In this document: positions 1 to 12,005 of the stretch, piece after piece
How the letters are laid out: each line of letters starts with the position of its first letter
Position numbering within the stretch: position 1 is the stretch's first letter
NCBI RefSeq assembly: GCF_036588685.1
Contig: NC_086376.1
Location: 83,393,014-83,457,013 of the forward strand
DNA length: 64,000 nt
Source of the DNA: Mytilus trossulus
Lineage: Eukaryota
Reading direction: 5' to 3'
The notes under the pieces: generated by a model
What the model was told of the DNA's origin: nothing
The model's input: only the letters and a program-made list of their open reading frames with translations
Database searches by the model: none
Position numbers and translations under genes: made by a program

Positions 1-53
1 CATCAAAAGTAACACAGAAATCTGGAATGTATAAAGATATTGCAGACTGTTCT
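1..53 (+). CDS. MCMBP: MCMBP exon (partial at window start; codons begin at nt 3), ...SKVTQKSGMYKDIADCS, donor GT at 54
   Basis: Translation aligns to the human MCMBP segment ...GKYRDVAECG. A gtaagt donor follows. The next exon continues in frame. Confidence 0.7.
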
Positions 54-619
54 GTAAGTTAATGAAGGCTGTTACGTTGTAGTCATTAAAATTCATAAAA
101 TTTTCCAAAATATAAATACAACATTTTTGTTTTTTCGTCAGCTGGTGCTTTTAAAGAAAGATAGTGTTAATTCTGTGTATTTCCCAATCAAACCAACTTC
201 ACTCAAGGTAAAATATTACTGAAGGGAATTATCATTGTGCTATTATTACAAGAAGATCTAGATGGCATTGACATCCCCTGCTTATACATCTTTAGCAGTG
301 AAGATTCCTGTTATGCACCAATATATTTTATTTAGTCAAATATGCATTTCCATGCTGGGTTTTTTAACACTCTCCACACATTTAAAAAGTGTAAGAGTTC
401 AGCTGAATTTGCAAGAACTAAAGTTAAGCCAGAACAAGGCCTACTTGAACTTCTGGTTTCGATACTGGTGATTTTTTACAGTGTAAAAGAATAAACCAGC
501 ATTGGTAGCAAACAGTGGATAAAATTGTGTCTAGTTTTGAATCAATTATTTAGCCAAAATGTGTTCAGCATGGTGACCCTATAATTCTTTTATATATGAA
601 CCTTTACTATTTTTTCCAG

Positions 620-721
620 AAATCACAACAGATAGATGTAGAATCCAGAGACAATGTGACTATGGACAGACAAACAATATATTGTGTACCAATACCAGGG
701 GAGACAACCTGGGTAAAAGAG
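620..721 (+). CDS. MCMBP: MCMBP exon, [34 protein letters not shown]
   Basis: Matches human RQTFYCVPVPGESTWVKE. Acceptor is ttttccag and donor is gtaggg. Phase 0 at both ends. Confidence 0.88.
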
Positions 722-1057
722 GTAGGGTTTGAAAATTAATCAGGTTGGGAAATTATATTCTTAATTAGTATAACTGTCTTAAAGGCAAAGTTTATGCAGT
801 TGGCCAATATTTTGGATCTGCATGTGTATTTAACAGTATAATTAGGCATTCAATGTGCAGATTAATAAAGCCCTAGAACAACAAAATTACATTTGCCTTT
901 GCTCATATACGCTAAATGGGTTAAAATGGCTAAACATGAAATAACGTATCTGCAAAAATAGTTTTTTTACAACTTATAATATTGCTTATAGCATCTTTTT
1001 ATCAAGTGAACAATTTAACTCTTTTAAAAATATATCATCTGATTTTGTACATTATAG

Positions 1058-1238
1058 ACATATGCCGACAAAGCAGGTGTCAAAGTTCAACCTTCAATGT
1101 CACATGTTCCAGTTCGAAATAAACGTTCATTGGATGAAGAATCAGAAGATGTTGCTATGGAGACTTCAGAACCAACTGGAAACACAGAATCCTGTGATTC
1201 AGCAGAATCTAAGAGAACAAGAACAGAAAACACACAAG
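1058..1238 (+). CDS. MCMBP: MCMBP exon, TYADKAGVKVQPSMSHVPVRNKRSLDEESEDV... acidic region
   Basis: Matches human AYVNANQARVSPSTSYTPSRHKRSYEDDDD. Acceptor is tatag and donor is gtattt. Ends in phase 1. Confidence 0.85.
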
Positions 1239-1741
1239 GTATTTTGACACTTGAATGTAGGGGTTTGAAGACCTGTTATTCTAAACAAATTTCTAAATTC
1301 TTTTATAATCAGGTCTTTTTAGGAGAGACTGTTGCTGATATCTTTTTAATTGAATGACAAGATCTCGGATGAGGCCACTGCAAAAAGTTCAAAGACCTTA
1401 AGCATAATATATGCATAGCTAAAATTTAAAAAGAGATCTTCTGAATGAGACAAATGTTTGAAGAATATTTAGAGCGTTTTAGTACAAAGATATTAGAAAG
1501 ATATTTTTTTATTAATTTTGTTTCAAAGGTAAAACAAACTACATTTGCAACCAATTTTTTGGGAAAATGTGGATCAGTAGGATGAATAAAATGGCAATCA
1601 AAAAAATTAAAATCCCAACTAGGGTATGTACATTTAAGCATTTACTTGTTACTCTCAACTTTTGAATATATTTTGCTCAAACAAGAATTATTATTGCATT
1701 AAGATAAAAGGAAAATTATATACTTTTCTTTTATTTTTCAG

Positions 1742-1815
1742 CACAGCCTCCAAACGTGGGTCATGATTTAAACTTTCCTTTACAAGGAGAAAAGGGCACA
1801 GCTTGTTTAGTGAAG
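1742..1815 (+). CDS. MCMBP: MCMBP exon (A)QPPNVGHDLNFPLQGEKGTACLVK, followed by a GC-AG intron (donor GCAAGT at 1816)
   Basis: Matches human DLNFPLPGEKGPACLVK. Only the GC donor at 1816 keeps the reading frame into the next exon. A GT donor at 1820 would hit a stop immediately. Confidence 0.85.
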
Positions 1816-2181
1816 GCAAGTATAAGCTTTTCAACATGGATAAATTTTATGTAAAATTGTTTGGAAAATGTGGAGAGAAAAACAAAACTTTAGTCATGTA
1901 AGTATTTTTTAAAGGATTTGCAATTAAATAATTACCTTACATTAGAAGTTGGTCCAACCCCATTTTTCTATGAGTCAGTTTGGATTCAAAATCATATTTG
2001 TGCTAACTCTACATCCAATAATGATGCATGAACCAAATAAAAGACTAAATAGAAACTTTTGACTTCTTAAGAATGAGGGGGAAAAACATTTGAGTCTTTA
2101 TGTTACAATATTTTTGTCATGCAAATAATAGTTTTGCCTATATTTGTAAGAATTCTGACAATTTATTTCTTTTATTTTCAG

Positions 2182-2279
2182 ATATATGATGATATTGACA
2201 AGTTTAAAGTGAACGACATGGTTGAATTCATTGGTATATTATCTGTGGATCCAGCATTAGCTCAATTTAATCCTGAAAA
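2182..2279 (+). CDS. MCMBP: MCMBP exon IYDDIDKFKVNDMVEFIGILSVDPALAQFNPE
   Basis: Matches human [24 protein letters not shown]. Acceptor is ttttcag and donor is gtaagt. Confidence 0.9.
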
Positions 2280-2791
2280 GTAAGTTCAATTTTAAGTTGT
2301 AAAATAGTTGCATTGTTAAAAAAAATATTAAATTATTTGTAGCACCATACAAATAGAAATAAAAGTCAAATTCAATTTAAAGCTTTCCACCTTATTATAA
2401 TGGATTGATTACAATTTGTTTTAGACAATATACAGAAAAGAAGAACATTTTAAGGAGGGGATTATTTTCCTTATTTTTAAGATTGAAATAAAACTGTGAT
2501 ATTGAAATGCAGCAAACATAAACCACTCTAAAATAAATAAATATAACTGTTTTACTCTGCAATTAAACATTATAAATGTTGGGATAATGCTCTCAGACAA
2601 ACATCAAATTTAATTCCAAAATTAGAACAAGTTTCAAGGAGCATTCCAAACCATGGAAATCACTGAAAAACTTTCAATCATAAAAACTCATATCAGAGAG
2701 AGATAAAATTATTTGTAACCTTGATTGTAATTGAATTTTTGGACAGTAAATATTTTAAAAAATTGACCATAATAATTTTGGAATATTCCAG

Positions 2792-2961
2792 TCAACCTGA
2801 AGAATTTGGTGTAGAAGGATATCAGCCACCTGTAGAAGAGATCAATGCTCATGCCCCACCCCCTTCATTGGTACCAAGATTACATGCTGTTTTGTGTAAC
2901 AAGCTGACACACAATAACCCACTACTGCCACAGAAACCTGACTCAGATGAATATAAAACTA
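2792..2961 (+). CDS. MCMBP: MCMBP exon ...HAPPPSLVPRLHAVLCNKLTHNNPLLPQKPDSDEYKT
   Basis: Matches human [27 protein letters not shown]. Donor gtaagt at 2962. Confidence 0.9.
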
Positions 2962-3740
2962 GTAAGTGGAGACTTGTGGATAGTAGTTCAAACCTAATAA
3001 AAGAAAGAAACATTCATTGCAAAGAAAATAAAATCTTTCATGCAAATCTGTTGGTGTTGATCAAAGTATTAAAAGTCATAGAAGTTGAACTTACCCATCA
3101 ATTTAACACTACAACGTATAGCTATATAATTATTGGAAAATCCTCTGGATTTCATTCTATTGGAAGTTTAAATTTCTCCTTGAAAAACACTTTAGGAATG
3201 ACTGTATTTTTTCTGTCTATGAAGAAATAACATAAAAATGTGGTGCACACTGAATAACGTGTGTAGCAGGTTATTTAACAGTGTGCACCACATTTTTTAT
3301 ATTATTTCAAATAGACAGAAAAAATATTACAGTCATTTCTTATAATTTAATTCTAAATTCCATTTTAAACCGTAGAAAACCATGAAAAAACGTTGATGAC
3401 GTCATTGTTACATGACTAAATTATGTCTATGGGCTGATAACAAAATAACGTCAGCCAATCAGAAGATGCGTTACATCCAAAATTAAATTGTATCTTAAGT
3501 GAAAACCTGTGAATTTTACTAAAGAAAACTGCATGTGTGAAGAAAACTGAAGACATTTGCTGAAATTATTATTTGTACTTTATACTATACTTTTCCAACA
3601 TAAAAGTGAAAGTTCGTTGAAAGTTGTAACATTTCTTTCTAACCTATTTAAAGATTATATCATAAATCTCCACTTTGCTCTAATTTGATATATGCTAGTA
3701 CTCTTTATGTCAGTGTATGAACCAATGCATTATCTTTCAG

Positions 3741-3864
3741 AATTTCAGCAACTTGAACAAGAGATAGATACTTTAAGAGGGAGAATAATGGAGTTGTTAG
3801 AACATGCACTACTTGGAGACAGTTTAGCTGCAGAGTTCTTTCTATTGCATTTATTATCCTCTGT
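3741..3864 (+). CDS. MCMBP: MCMBP exon [41 protein letters not shown]
   Basis: Matches human [28 protein letters not shown]. Donor gtaagt at 3865. Confidence 0.92.
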
Positions 3865-4192
3865 GTAAGTATTCTATTACTATAATAACATTATGTTTGG
3901 TAGCAGATTTCAGTTGGGATATCAATCATTAACAATAGCATACTGTCCATCTTGTAGCATTTGGATAATTGCTGAATAATTACCAAAATTTTGCCTTTTG
4001 GACATATGAGGCTAAACTATAATTACTAACATTCACTTCATTTGAACTTTGGTGTATAGTTGCCTCATTGACATTCATACCACATCTCCTTATTTTGTAT
4101 AGCATACATATATTTTGTACTCTTGAAAAACAAATATGTGTCAAACTGAACCAAAGCAATTGATTTTAAACTCAATAAAAAATATTTTTCAG

Positions 4193-4310
4193 GTATGGTA
4201 GAGCTGATGTGATGCCTCTAGGAAAGTTCAGTCTTAACCTAAGTCATTGCCCTGTAACACCTAAATATGGTCAGCTATTACAAGTGTTCATGGCAGGACT
4301 GCTTTCACAG
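4193..4310 (+). CDS. MCMBP: MCMBP exon VYGRADVMPLGKFSLNLSHCPVTPKYGQLLQVFMAGLLSQ
   Basis: Matches human [20 protein letters not shown]. Acceptor is ttttcag and donor is gtatat. Confidence 0.9.
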
Positions 4311-4624
4311 GTATATATCAATAACATTATGAGAACTTTATTTCTTAGCTTTTATGCCCTACTTACAAAAGTACTGGACATACTGTTTCAAGTCTCGGCA
4401 TCTGACTATCCATTAATCCATATCAGGTTTAAGTTTTGGGTTAAGGTAGAAACCCATGATATTGTGTTCAATTTAACTTCAAACTAAAAAGACTTGTGTT
4501 TATTATTATGTTAACTTTTTAATATATGTCTAATCTAGGTTTTGACCAATACTTTGTGGAAAATAACAAAGGAATTGTTACAAATTTGGAGTGCATACTT
4601 ATAACAAGAAAGTTTTATTTTCAG

Positions 4625-4790
4625 TCACATTTACTCCCCTTGTCGATAGAAAACATGAATACTTTACGATTATGTCCAGAAAAAGACTACACAGCAAACC
4701 GTTTAAAATCTGGAGTATTGCAACTACCTGAGAGAACATCATTAGTCATAGATGAAACAGTACTACAACCTGGTCAACTGGAAGCTGGGG
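4625..4790 (+). CDS. MCMBP: MCMBP exon [55 protein letters not shown]
   Basis: Matches human [51 protein letters not shown]. Confidence 0.92.
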
Positions 4791-5235
4791 GTATGTTGGG
4801 TTGAACATTTATCTCATCAAGGTCTGCTCATATATATTTTACTAATTCTTGCCTTTGAGAGAGATCAGTATCTATAGATTGTTATATGGCGCCAATCATT
4901 GAGTAAGAAAAATAGAAGGTTTACATGTGTAACACACAAAAACAACCATGCAACAATGTCAATTTCAGCATGTTCAGTGAATGTTTTTGAAGCACTTTTG
5001 TTTTAAATCTGGCAATACTTTATTATTTATATTTACTGTTGAAATTAGTTGCTATGCCATAATCAATAATTATTCACTTTGAGTGATTTATATTATTGTT
5101 GTCCTTTGAAGTATCAGCTCGAAACAGGTGTTATAGCTCACATTACATTTCTCAGCCTGATACAAATCATCTAATATTTAAAGACGCTATGCAGTTATTG
5201 TCTATGTAACTTTTATGATATTTTTGTCTTTCAAG

Positions 5236-5369
5236 GTGTCAAGAACATGACAGCATTAGGAAACCTGATCAGTTGGCAGAAAGTGGAGTATGATTTCAGT
5301 TACCACAGACAAGATTTTATGGCAAACGTAGCTGTAATGATTCTGTCTGAGGCAAAATCTATATTACCT
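5236..5369 (+). CDS. MCMBP: MCMBP exon [45 protein letters not shown]
   Basis: Matches human [45 protein letters not shown]. Confidence 0.93.
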
Positions 5370-5799
5370 GTAAGTATGCTGCTACTCGTGGGGCACACTG
5401 GGAATCAAGGTCATGTTTAAAAACTGCCTTAGGTCTAGCTCATGACAACATCTTCTGAAGTAGTGAAAATCAGTGTAATTCATTACTAAATTGAAATTTT
5501 CAGTTTTTTCTCCTCGATGCACATTACTGTACTAGGAATTGGCAGAGTTGTCAACACTGACATTGTGAGTTGGAACCCCACATGTGGCTGGTGCATTCGA
5601 TACCAATCATAATTGGCTCAGATTGACATTTTTTTTCTAGAAGATTTGTAGATCTCTCTGTCCACCAATAAGAACTGCCTTTCACCATTAAGCCAATTGT
5701 GCTAAAAGTGAATTAAAACACCAACAATAAATCTGTAAATATCATTAATGAAACTATTATATTGATAGGTATTTGAATCTTTGATGGTTATATTTTCAG

Positions 5800-5964
5800 A
5801 GTGATTGTTTATTACCATTAGAAGCTAAGATAATGCCAGAAGATTGGATAGGACATTTTAGCATGTTAGAATCAGGGATGACAGCAGAATTGTTGACAAA
5901 GATACGCACATACATCACACTGGCCAAACAGTTAAATTATTCATTAACAGATGAATTGCAGAAG
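5800..5964 (+). CDS. MCMBP: MCMBP exon SDCLLPLEAKIMPEDWIGHFSMLESGMTAELLTKIRTYITLAKQLNYSLTDELQK
   Basis: Matches human [55 protein letters not shown]. Phase 0 at both ends. Confidence 0.88.
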
Positions 5965-6555
5965 GTATGTTCATGAACAGAAAATAAAACTAGTGAATAT
6001 CTTTATTGTTCCAGAGCTATTACAATCCTGATTGAAGTTATAAATTTTTGACCAACCTTAAATTGTTCGTCCATTATCTCAAAAAGTATAATAGGTAAAT
6101 AGAAACTGTTAATAACAAGAATGATCAAAAATAAAGGATTAACATTAATGCTTAATAACCAGCACTATGACAATTTTTATCTTCAAACTTTAGACAGAAA
6201 TAGAGAAATTTTGACAAACGGGAATAATCTAAAATAAGTCATCATGACTGAAATGTTGACTCCCAGTAGTAGCCATCAGCCTTAATTTACTTCTTTATCG
6301 ATTTTCAGTTTTGAGCTGTAACTTTAAAAAGTATAAAAGACCCAAAAAAAATATAAGCGTGTAGATCTTCAAAAGTTAATTTACATGACCTAAATTATTC
6401 ATTATCTCCTGAATAAGTTATCTTCATTTTTACACATTTTGCTATGATGTTTAAAACTCAAATAAGTATTATATTGATGTATTTAACTTTGTCTGAATAT
6501 TCTCTAAGGTTTACAATGAGTGCTTCAGGCTCATCAGGGTTTGACACTAACATTA

Positions 6556-7345
6556 GAGGTGTTGTAGTCCACAGGACTACAAAGAATAAAATTTGGGTAG
6601 TCCTGTTAGTCCTTGTCTATCACCGGTGAGGGCCGCGTTGCGGCCCGAACTAGTTAGGGGGGTTTGGGGAAAATTTTTGGAAATAAGATGCAATTTCCTG
6701 CCATCTGAGCACCTCAAAAGCACACAAATGTTCATTTGAGTTTTGAAAATATTTGGTTTTTTTTTTTCAGATAAATTAAAGTTGACATTCAGTGAATAAA
6801 TTTTATTACTCCTGAAATTTTCCTGTCAGAAAATTTTGAAAAATTGAATGCAAAATCTGCAATCTGAGACAATTTCTAAGGCCTTGTTAGGTGGAGTTAT
6901 TTGACCTTTTATTCCAGGATTATTTAGAAAAAAAAAGGATAAAAATAAGTCAATAATAAATAATAGGTTTGTTTGCGCAAACGCTACCTACCCAGAAAAA
7001 AGCTGCCTACTCAAATTCTTTAATTTGTCCTGATTTGAAGAAGTTTTTTTTAATCAAATAGGCATGAAGACTAATAAACATCTAATACCCTATGTGTTAC
7101 AAACACTGTGATGATTCTGATCAGAAATCTGGATCTCAAAAGTGCTTTCATAATAACAATATTAAAATTACGTTCTTCCAAATGCCATCACTGTTTTTGA
7201 AGAATTTAAACATTATTGGGAGGACTTTTATGCCAATTTTTAGCATTGAAATAGCCAGACCATGTACAAATTTCCAGGTGGTCCACAGGACTACTGATTA
7301 ACCATGTTTTGGTAGTCCTCCTAGATTTTATGGGGGCACTGGACT
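6556..7345. mobile_element. Intronic element bounded by two near-identical palindromic motifs (gtRgtccacaggactac ... tttgggtagtcct) about 715 bp apart, with an internal diverged duplicate
   Basis: Direct copies of the motif at 6557-6620 and 7273-7340. Each motif is itself a hairpin (gtagtcc/ggactac). It sits in an MCMBP intron. Confidence 0.35.
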
Positions 7346-7784
7346 ACCGTAAGTGTCGAACCCTGCTCATATGAGAAGTCAGTCTTACATAGTAGACTTT
7401 TTTTTGTTTTTCAAAGAATAAATCAACTTTCATATTGTTATGCCTATCTTATAGGCTACAGGGACATTAAGTGTTACCCTTCTTCCATCCATCCCATATA
7501 TTTTTCTGCACTCTTACTTAAATTTGCCTGTTGCAAATTTATGAAACTCGTACACAATGCTAAGAAACATAGTTCGAAATTTTGGTTGTAAAATCATTTA
7601 CTGTATTTCTTAACTTGAAAACTGCAGACTTTGGAGGTGGGCATTTGTGTCCTCAGGCAAATTCTTCTTTTGTTTATATTGACATTAAAAAGAGGACATT
7701 GAAACCTACTATTAGTAATTAAGGTAAGAGTCCAAGAAGCTGAATATTTATAAGGTTGTCTAAATATAAAAATATTTATTTTAG

Positions 7785-7873
7785 ATAATCCAAGACGACT
7801 TTGTTGACATGAGAAAAGTTGATAGTAAAAGCATGACAGTTGACGACTTCCATTCTCTGTTGTGTACAGTTAG
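7785..7873 (+). CDS. MCMBP: MCMBP exon IIQDDFVDMRKVDSKSMTVDDFHSLLCTV(R)
   Basis: Matches human [30 protein letters not shown]. Acceptor is ttttag and donor is gtaagt. Confidence 0.9.
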
Positions 7874-8422
7874 GTAAGTAATAGATTATAATAAGCTAGT
7901 TGTTCATTGTGCTCTAAGATCAGTTGTTGTCACTTTGCATCATTCACTATTTATGCCAAGGCTGAAATAGGTTCTCATTGACTTTTCTTTTTACACCTAT
8001 GATAAAGTCCTATGTCCATGGGAGTTTCTAGTTTGAAAATTTGTCCAATGACCCTGCCTGCCAACCAAGATGGCCAACATGGCTAAAAATTTAAAGTAGG
8101 GGTGAATTGCAAGTTTTGTCTATCATTTTGAAAATATTATAAAGAGAGGAAATCTGACTGGAGCAAAACTGAACAGAATGTTGAGCTTAATAATAAATAC
8201 TGTAAATTCAGAAATTATTGCAATGTTTTTATTATTGCTAAAAATGTGATAGGGTTATCATTGCAATAATTAAAACTCTGATACAGATAAATATTTAAAA
8301 ACAAAAATAATCAGCAAAATAAGATATACAACATTGCTGAAGCCATCAATTTCTTTTCAATTTTAATTGCCCTTTAATGATAACTTTAATCAAAATGATA
8401 TATTATAACATATATATTTCAG

Positions 8423-8525
8423 ACTGCTATCACTCAGCTACTTAAAATCAACACCTACACAAACTCTGTGGAGAAGGGCCAAAAACATGGACTCAGAAAG
8501 GAAGAGGAGGATCAGCCCAACCTAA
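8423..8525 (+). CDS. MCMBP: MCMBP terminal exon (R)LLSLSYLKSTPTQTLWRRAKNMDSERKRRISPT*, stop TAA 8523-8525
   Basis: Matches human [30 protein letters not shown]. An AATAAA lies about 65 nt downstream. Confidence 0.85.
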
Positions 8526-8587
8526 ACATACTTGATTGACCAACACAGAAGAAAGACTTAAAATATTAAAAAAAGAATAGAATTCAC

Positions 8588-8593
8588 AATAAA
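8588..8593 (+). promoter_or_regulatory. AATAAA polyadenylation signal downstream of the MCMBP stop
   Basis: Hexamer 63 nt after the stop codon. Confidence 0.5.
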
Positions 8594-10804
8594 CAAATTT
8601 ATACGCAAAGAACACATTTTGCCATTGTTAACTGAGGAGAAATTTACATTTGTTAACCATAGAAAGAAAATAAATTGTTAGCTCATTTTAAATGATTTTT
8701 GTTTTGCCTACAAAATAAGTTGACAGACATGACAAACTGATGCAAACAAGGCTATTTGAATAAAACTTTGTGTCAGAAGAAGAAAGAGCTGGATTAATCA
8801 TCTGTTCAACACTACAGTTGTCTAGCTATTATCTGGAAAACTATTGCATTTAGAGAGAAACTAACAATAAAACAGTAAAAATGGCCATCCCACCAAGCAC
8901 TTACTGAATATGTCAAAAAAATCTGCTCCAGACTATTTCAAGACGATTTCAAAATTATTGCCCCTGAAATTTTAATTTTAATTATTGTTTAATGTTTAGC
9001 CTGCTAGCTTTTGTTTCTAAATGATCGACAATACAAAATATTAGATGATTTTTACCAATATACTGTGGTCGTATCAAGCTGCACTTGGCACAGCAATTTA
9101 TTGTTATTGTCTTAAAAAATTTAGACATGTTTATGGTCAATAAAAATTGAAACATTGATCATGTTTGCTAAAAAAGAGGTGAAAGATATCACAGAAACAA
9201 TTAAAAATACACAAAGTTAAAGAAAATGCAACAAAGAGCAAGAAATTACTAACACAAGAGAAACATAATTTGCTTTCAAAACACTACAAAGAAAGCTTCT
9301 AACTAAGCATATCTCACCTCCTAGATACTACCAATATTGCTCTTGGTTAGTAAAAACTTGATGATTAGTCTAATCTTGTTATAGAACAATCAAGAAAACG
9401 AGAACCGGGTTGTGGCTATAATTTTGGTTATCATTTGTGACACAGATATTTCATGACTGTCGTCCTATCCATGATGGTATACATGAAACTTTCTTCAGAA
9501 TTTCTTCAACTCCCCTTGATATCCTTGACTCAACCCTGGTATGCAGCAACCAAATATCAACTACATCATGATATGGAATGAAAGCTCTAAATTATCTTAG
9601 CATCAGCTATTCATACTGATGGTATTTTGCTACCTATAAATTGATTGTTTACAATCAGAAAGCTGAAATTATCTCTTTTTTTATGCCCCATTTATGGGCA
9701 TTATGTTTTCTGGTCAGTGCGTCCATTTGTTCGTCCGTTTGCCCTCCTTACCATCCTCGGGTTAAAGTTTTTAATGAAGTTTAGTCAAATCAACTTGAAA
9801 CTAAGTACACATGTTCCCTATGATATGATCTTTCTAATTTTAATTCCAAATTGCAGATTTTCCCACGTTTTCAAGGTCCACTGAACATAGAAAATGATAG
9901 TGCTGATGGGGCATGCGTGTACTGGGGACACATCAGGGGTAGATCCAGCCATTCTAAGGGGGTTCTAACAATATTCAACCATTCAAATGCATTGATCGTC
10001 AAAAAAAAAGGGGGGGGGGGGTAAAACCCAAACTGGATCCGCCAATGCACATTCTTGTTTCAAAAGGTTTTGTTCTAAACTAACTTTCATTGTCAATTTC
10101 TTTATGTATTAAAATTGAGAATTGAAATGGGGAATGTGTCAAAGAGACAACAACCCGACCATGGAAAAGACAACAGCAGAAGGTCACTAACTTGAAGCCT
10201 TTAGTTTAGAGACACTCTATATAGTGTGACACGAAAGTAAAGGATATTGCTATCATCTCTCAATGTACAGAAACTTCTGGAGGGCTTTTTTGGGGCTAAG
10301 AATAATATAATTATATCGACTGGTCACAGGTTGGGACCCGTTTCTCTATATATCATGAAGTAACTTACTTTAAGTAAGGTCAACTTTATCTCATGAAAAA
10401 AGCCTTGCAATACGTTTGATCTGAACATAATTATCATTAGAGACTGTACATTAAATTGATAAACCATTTTCAGTTTGTTAGTACATTTTCAGACTTATCC
10501 CCTATGGTATGATTTCAGAGTGGTAACTGACTTTCATTGGTTAAAGTTCAAGCATTAGCGCAAATTCAGTGCTATTTAGACACATCGATTGCAGTCAATC
10601 ATTATATGTTATGTCTGTTTTCAGACTGTTCCAACTCATATTTGTTTTCCGCTTTTTTCCAACAAAACATTAGTCTGACATGTTTTAGAACAAAACTGGA
10701 TTGGTTGACTGCAAGCGAACTATCTTAACTTCTGAAACTGAAATGAAAACAACTTTTGGATTTTAAATTATTTAAGATAATAGTATAGAAACAAAACCAA
10801 CCAC

Positions 10805-11075
10805 AATGTCTTATGTTTTATACTCTTTACAACAGATTTCCATGAGTGCGTAGCTAAAGGTAATATCTTTGGTTATATTGCTTGCTAACTAAACTGAAGT
10901 CATTGTTAGGTAAGGTACAAATGTATACTACCCTCCTTTCGAAGTAACTTAGTCCTACAGACAGATAGAATGGTAATCTGTCGGACTAGTATACTCTTAA
11001 AAGAGGGTAACTTGCCTAACATAACAATGACTTCACGGTTGATCTAACAAGCAATCTAACCAAAGATATTACCTT
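10805..11075. mobile_element. Hairpin MITE copy 1 (long, about 100-bp terminal inverted repeats)
   Basis: The left arm is the reverse complement of the right arm across a central loop near 10940-10990. A second copy lies at 24665-24950. Confidence 0.6.
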
Positions 11076-11950
11076 TGCCTACACACTCATTGAAATCGGC
11101 TGTGAAACACTCTTTCAGTGCTTGCTTTAAAACATTTAAAAAATCACAGCCTCAATTTAAGAGATAAGTGGATAGCTCTCGGTGCATATCAGTAAGAATC
11201 TATTGGTATATGCATTACCAGATGAGATTGAAATAAGACCAAAAAACGTACTTAACAGAGTCATTTCGAATATACTCGGTATTCAAAATCTATGAGTTAA
11301 TACCTTCAATCTATTTCAATGCTTTCAATTCAAGTTGACTGCTATTGAAATAGATACCGACCGAATAGGCCATATCTTTTTGGTCAATGGTACAATAGCT
11401 TTCCAGTTGCTATATTTCTTCCATTTGAGACAAACATACAAAGGACAGTGAATGGTTTTTTTTAAACTATTTTTATAACAGGCCCAAGTACACGAGGACC
11501 ATATTTGAACCTGTAACGATGTTCGATAGATGAACACTTTGTATTGATCGGACGAATAAAAAACAAAGACCACGCGTTCATACGTACTTTTTGTTTTGTT
11601 TACACCAATATTGTTATTTACATACCGGCTTTAAATTTGAATTTGTTTTGTTGTCTATTAATCTACATGTATTGGTTTGTGTATTCAGGTTTTGACTTCC
11701 CAGAGTTAATTTGCTAACAAATAACTCAAGACAAATATAATATATATTTATTTAATTGACCTATAATTTCGAATTCATTTAAATAACACATATGTTGCTT
11801 CATGATACATAGAATAATTTAAAGCCTAGATGACTATGAGTTGGATATTATTTTATGTATACCTCGGGTGCAGTTCTCTTTAAACAAAAAGAAAGCCATT
11901 TATTTTAGTGTTTGCAAGTGTTTATTCAATTGTAATAAGTTTTTTTAACA

Positions 11951-12005
11951 ATGCTACCTTTGAAGCTGTCTTGGATGCTCTTGTTGCAAGTGGTCATAAC
12001 ACGAG
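11951..12005 (+). CDS. Lectin gene exon 1: signal-peptide-like MLPLKLSWMLLLQVVITR(G), donor gtatgt at 12006
   Basis: An ATG is followed by a hydrophobic core. The phase-1 donor joins in frame to the phase-1 acceptor at 13418. There is no homology support. Confidence 0.45.

Noticed and set aside
2721-3230. 169-aa + strand ORF
   Set aside because: It is read-through of MCMBP exon 2792-2961 into the flanking intron. The true exon is delimited by an AG acceptor at 2790-2791 and a GT donor at 2962.
9645-9884. 79-aa ORF MFTIRKLKL...
   Set aside because: It has no splice or start context, is Leu/Phe-rich, and lies in intergenic repeat-like DNA. It is probably not a gene.
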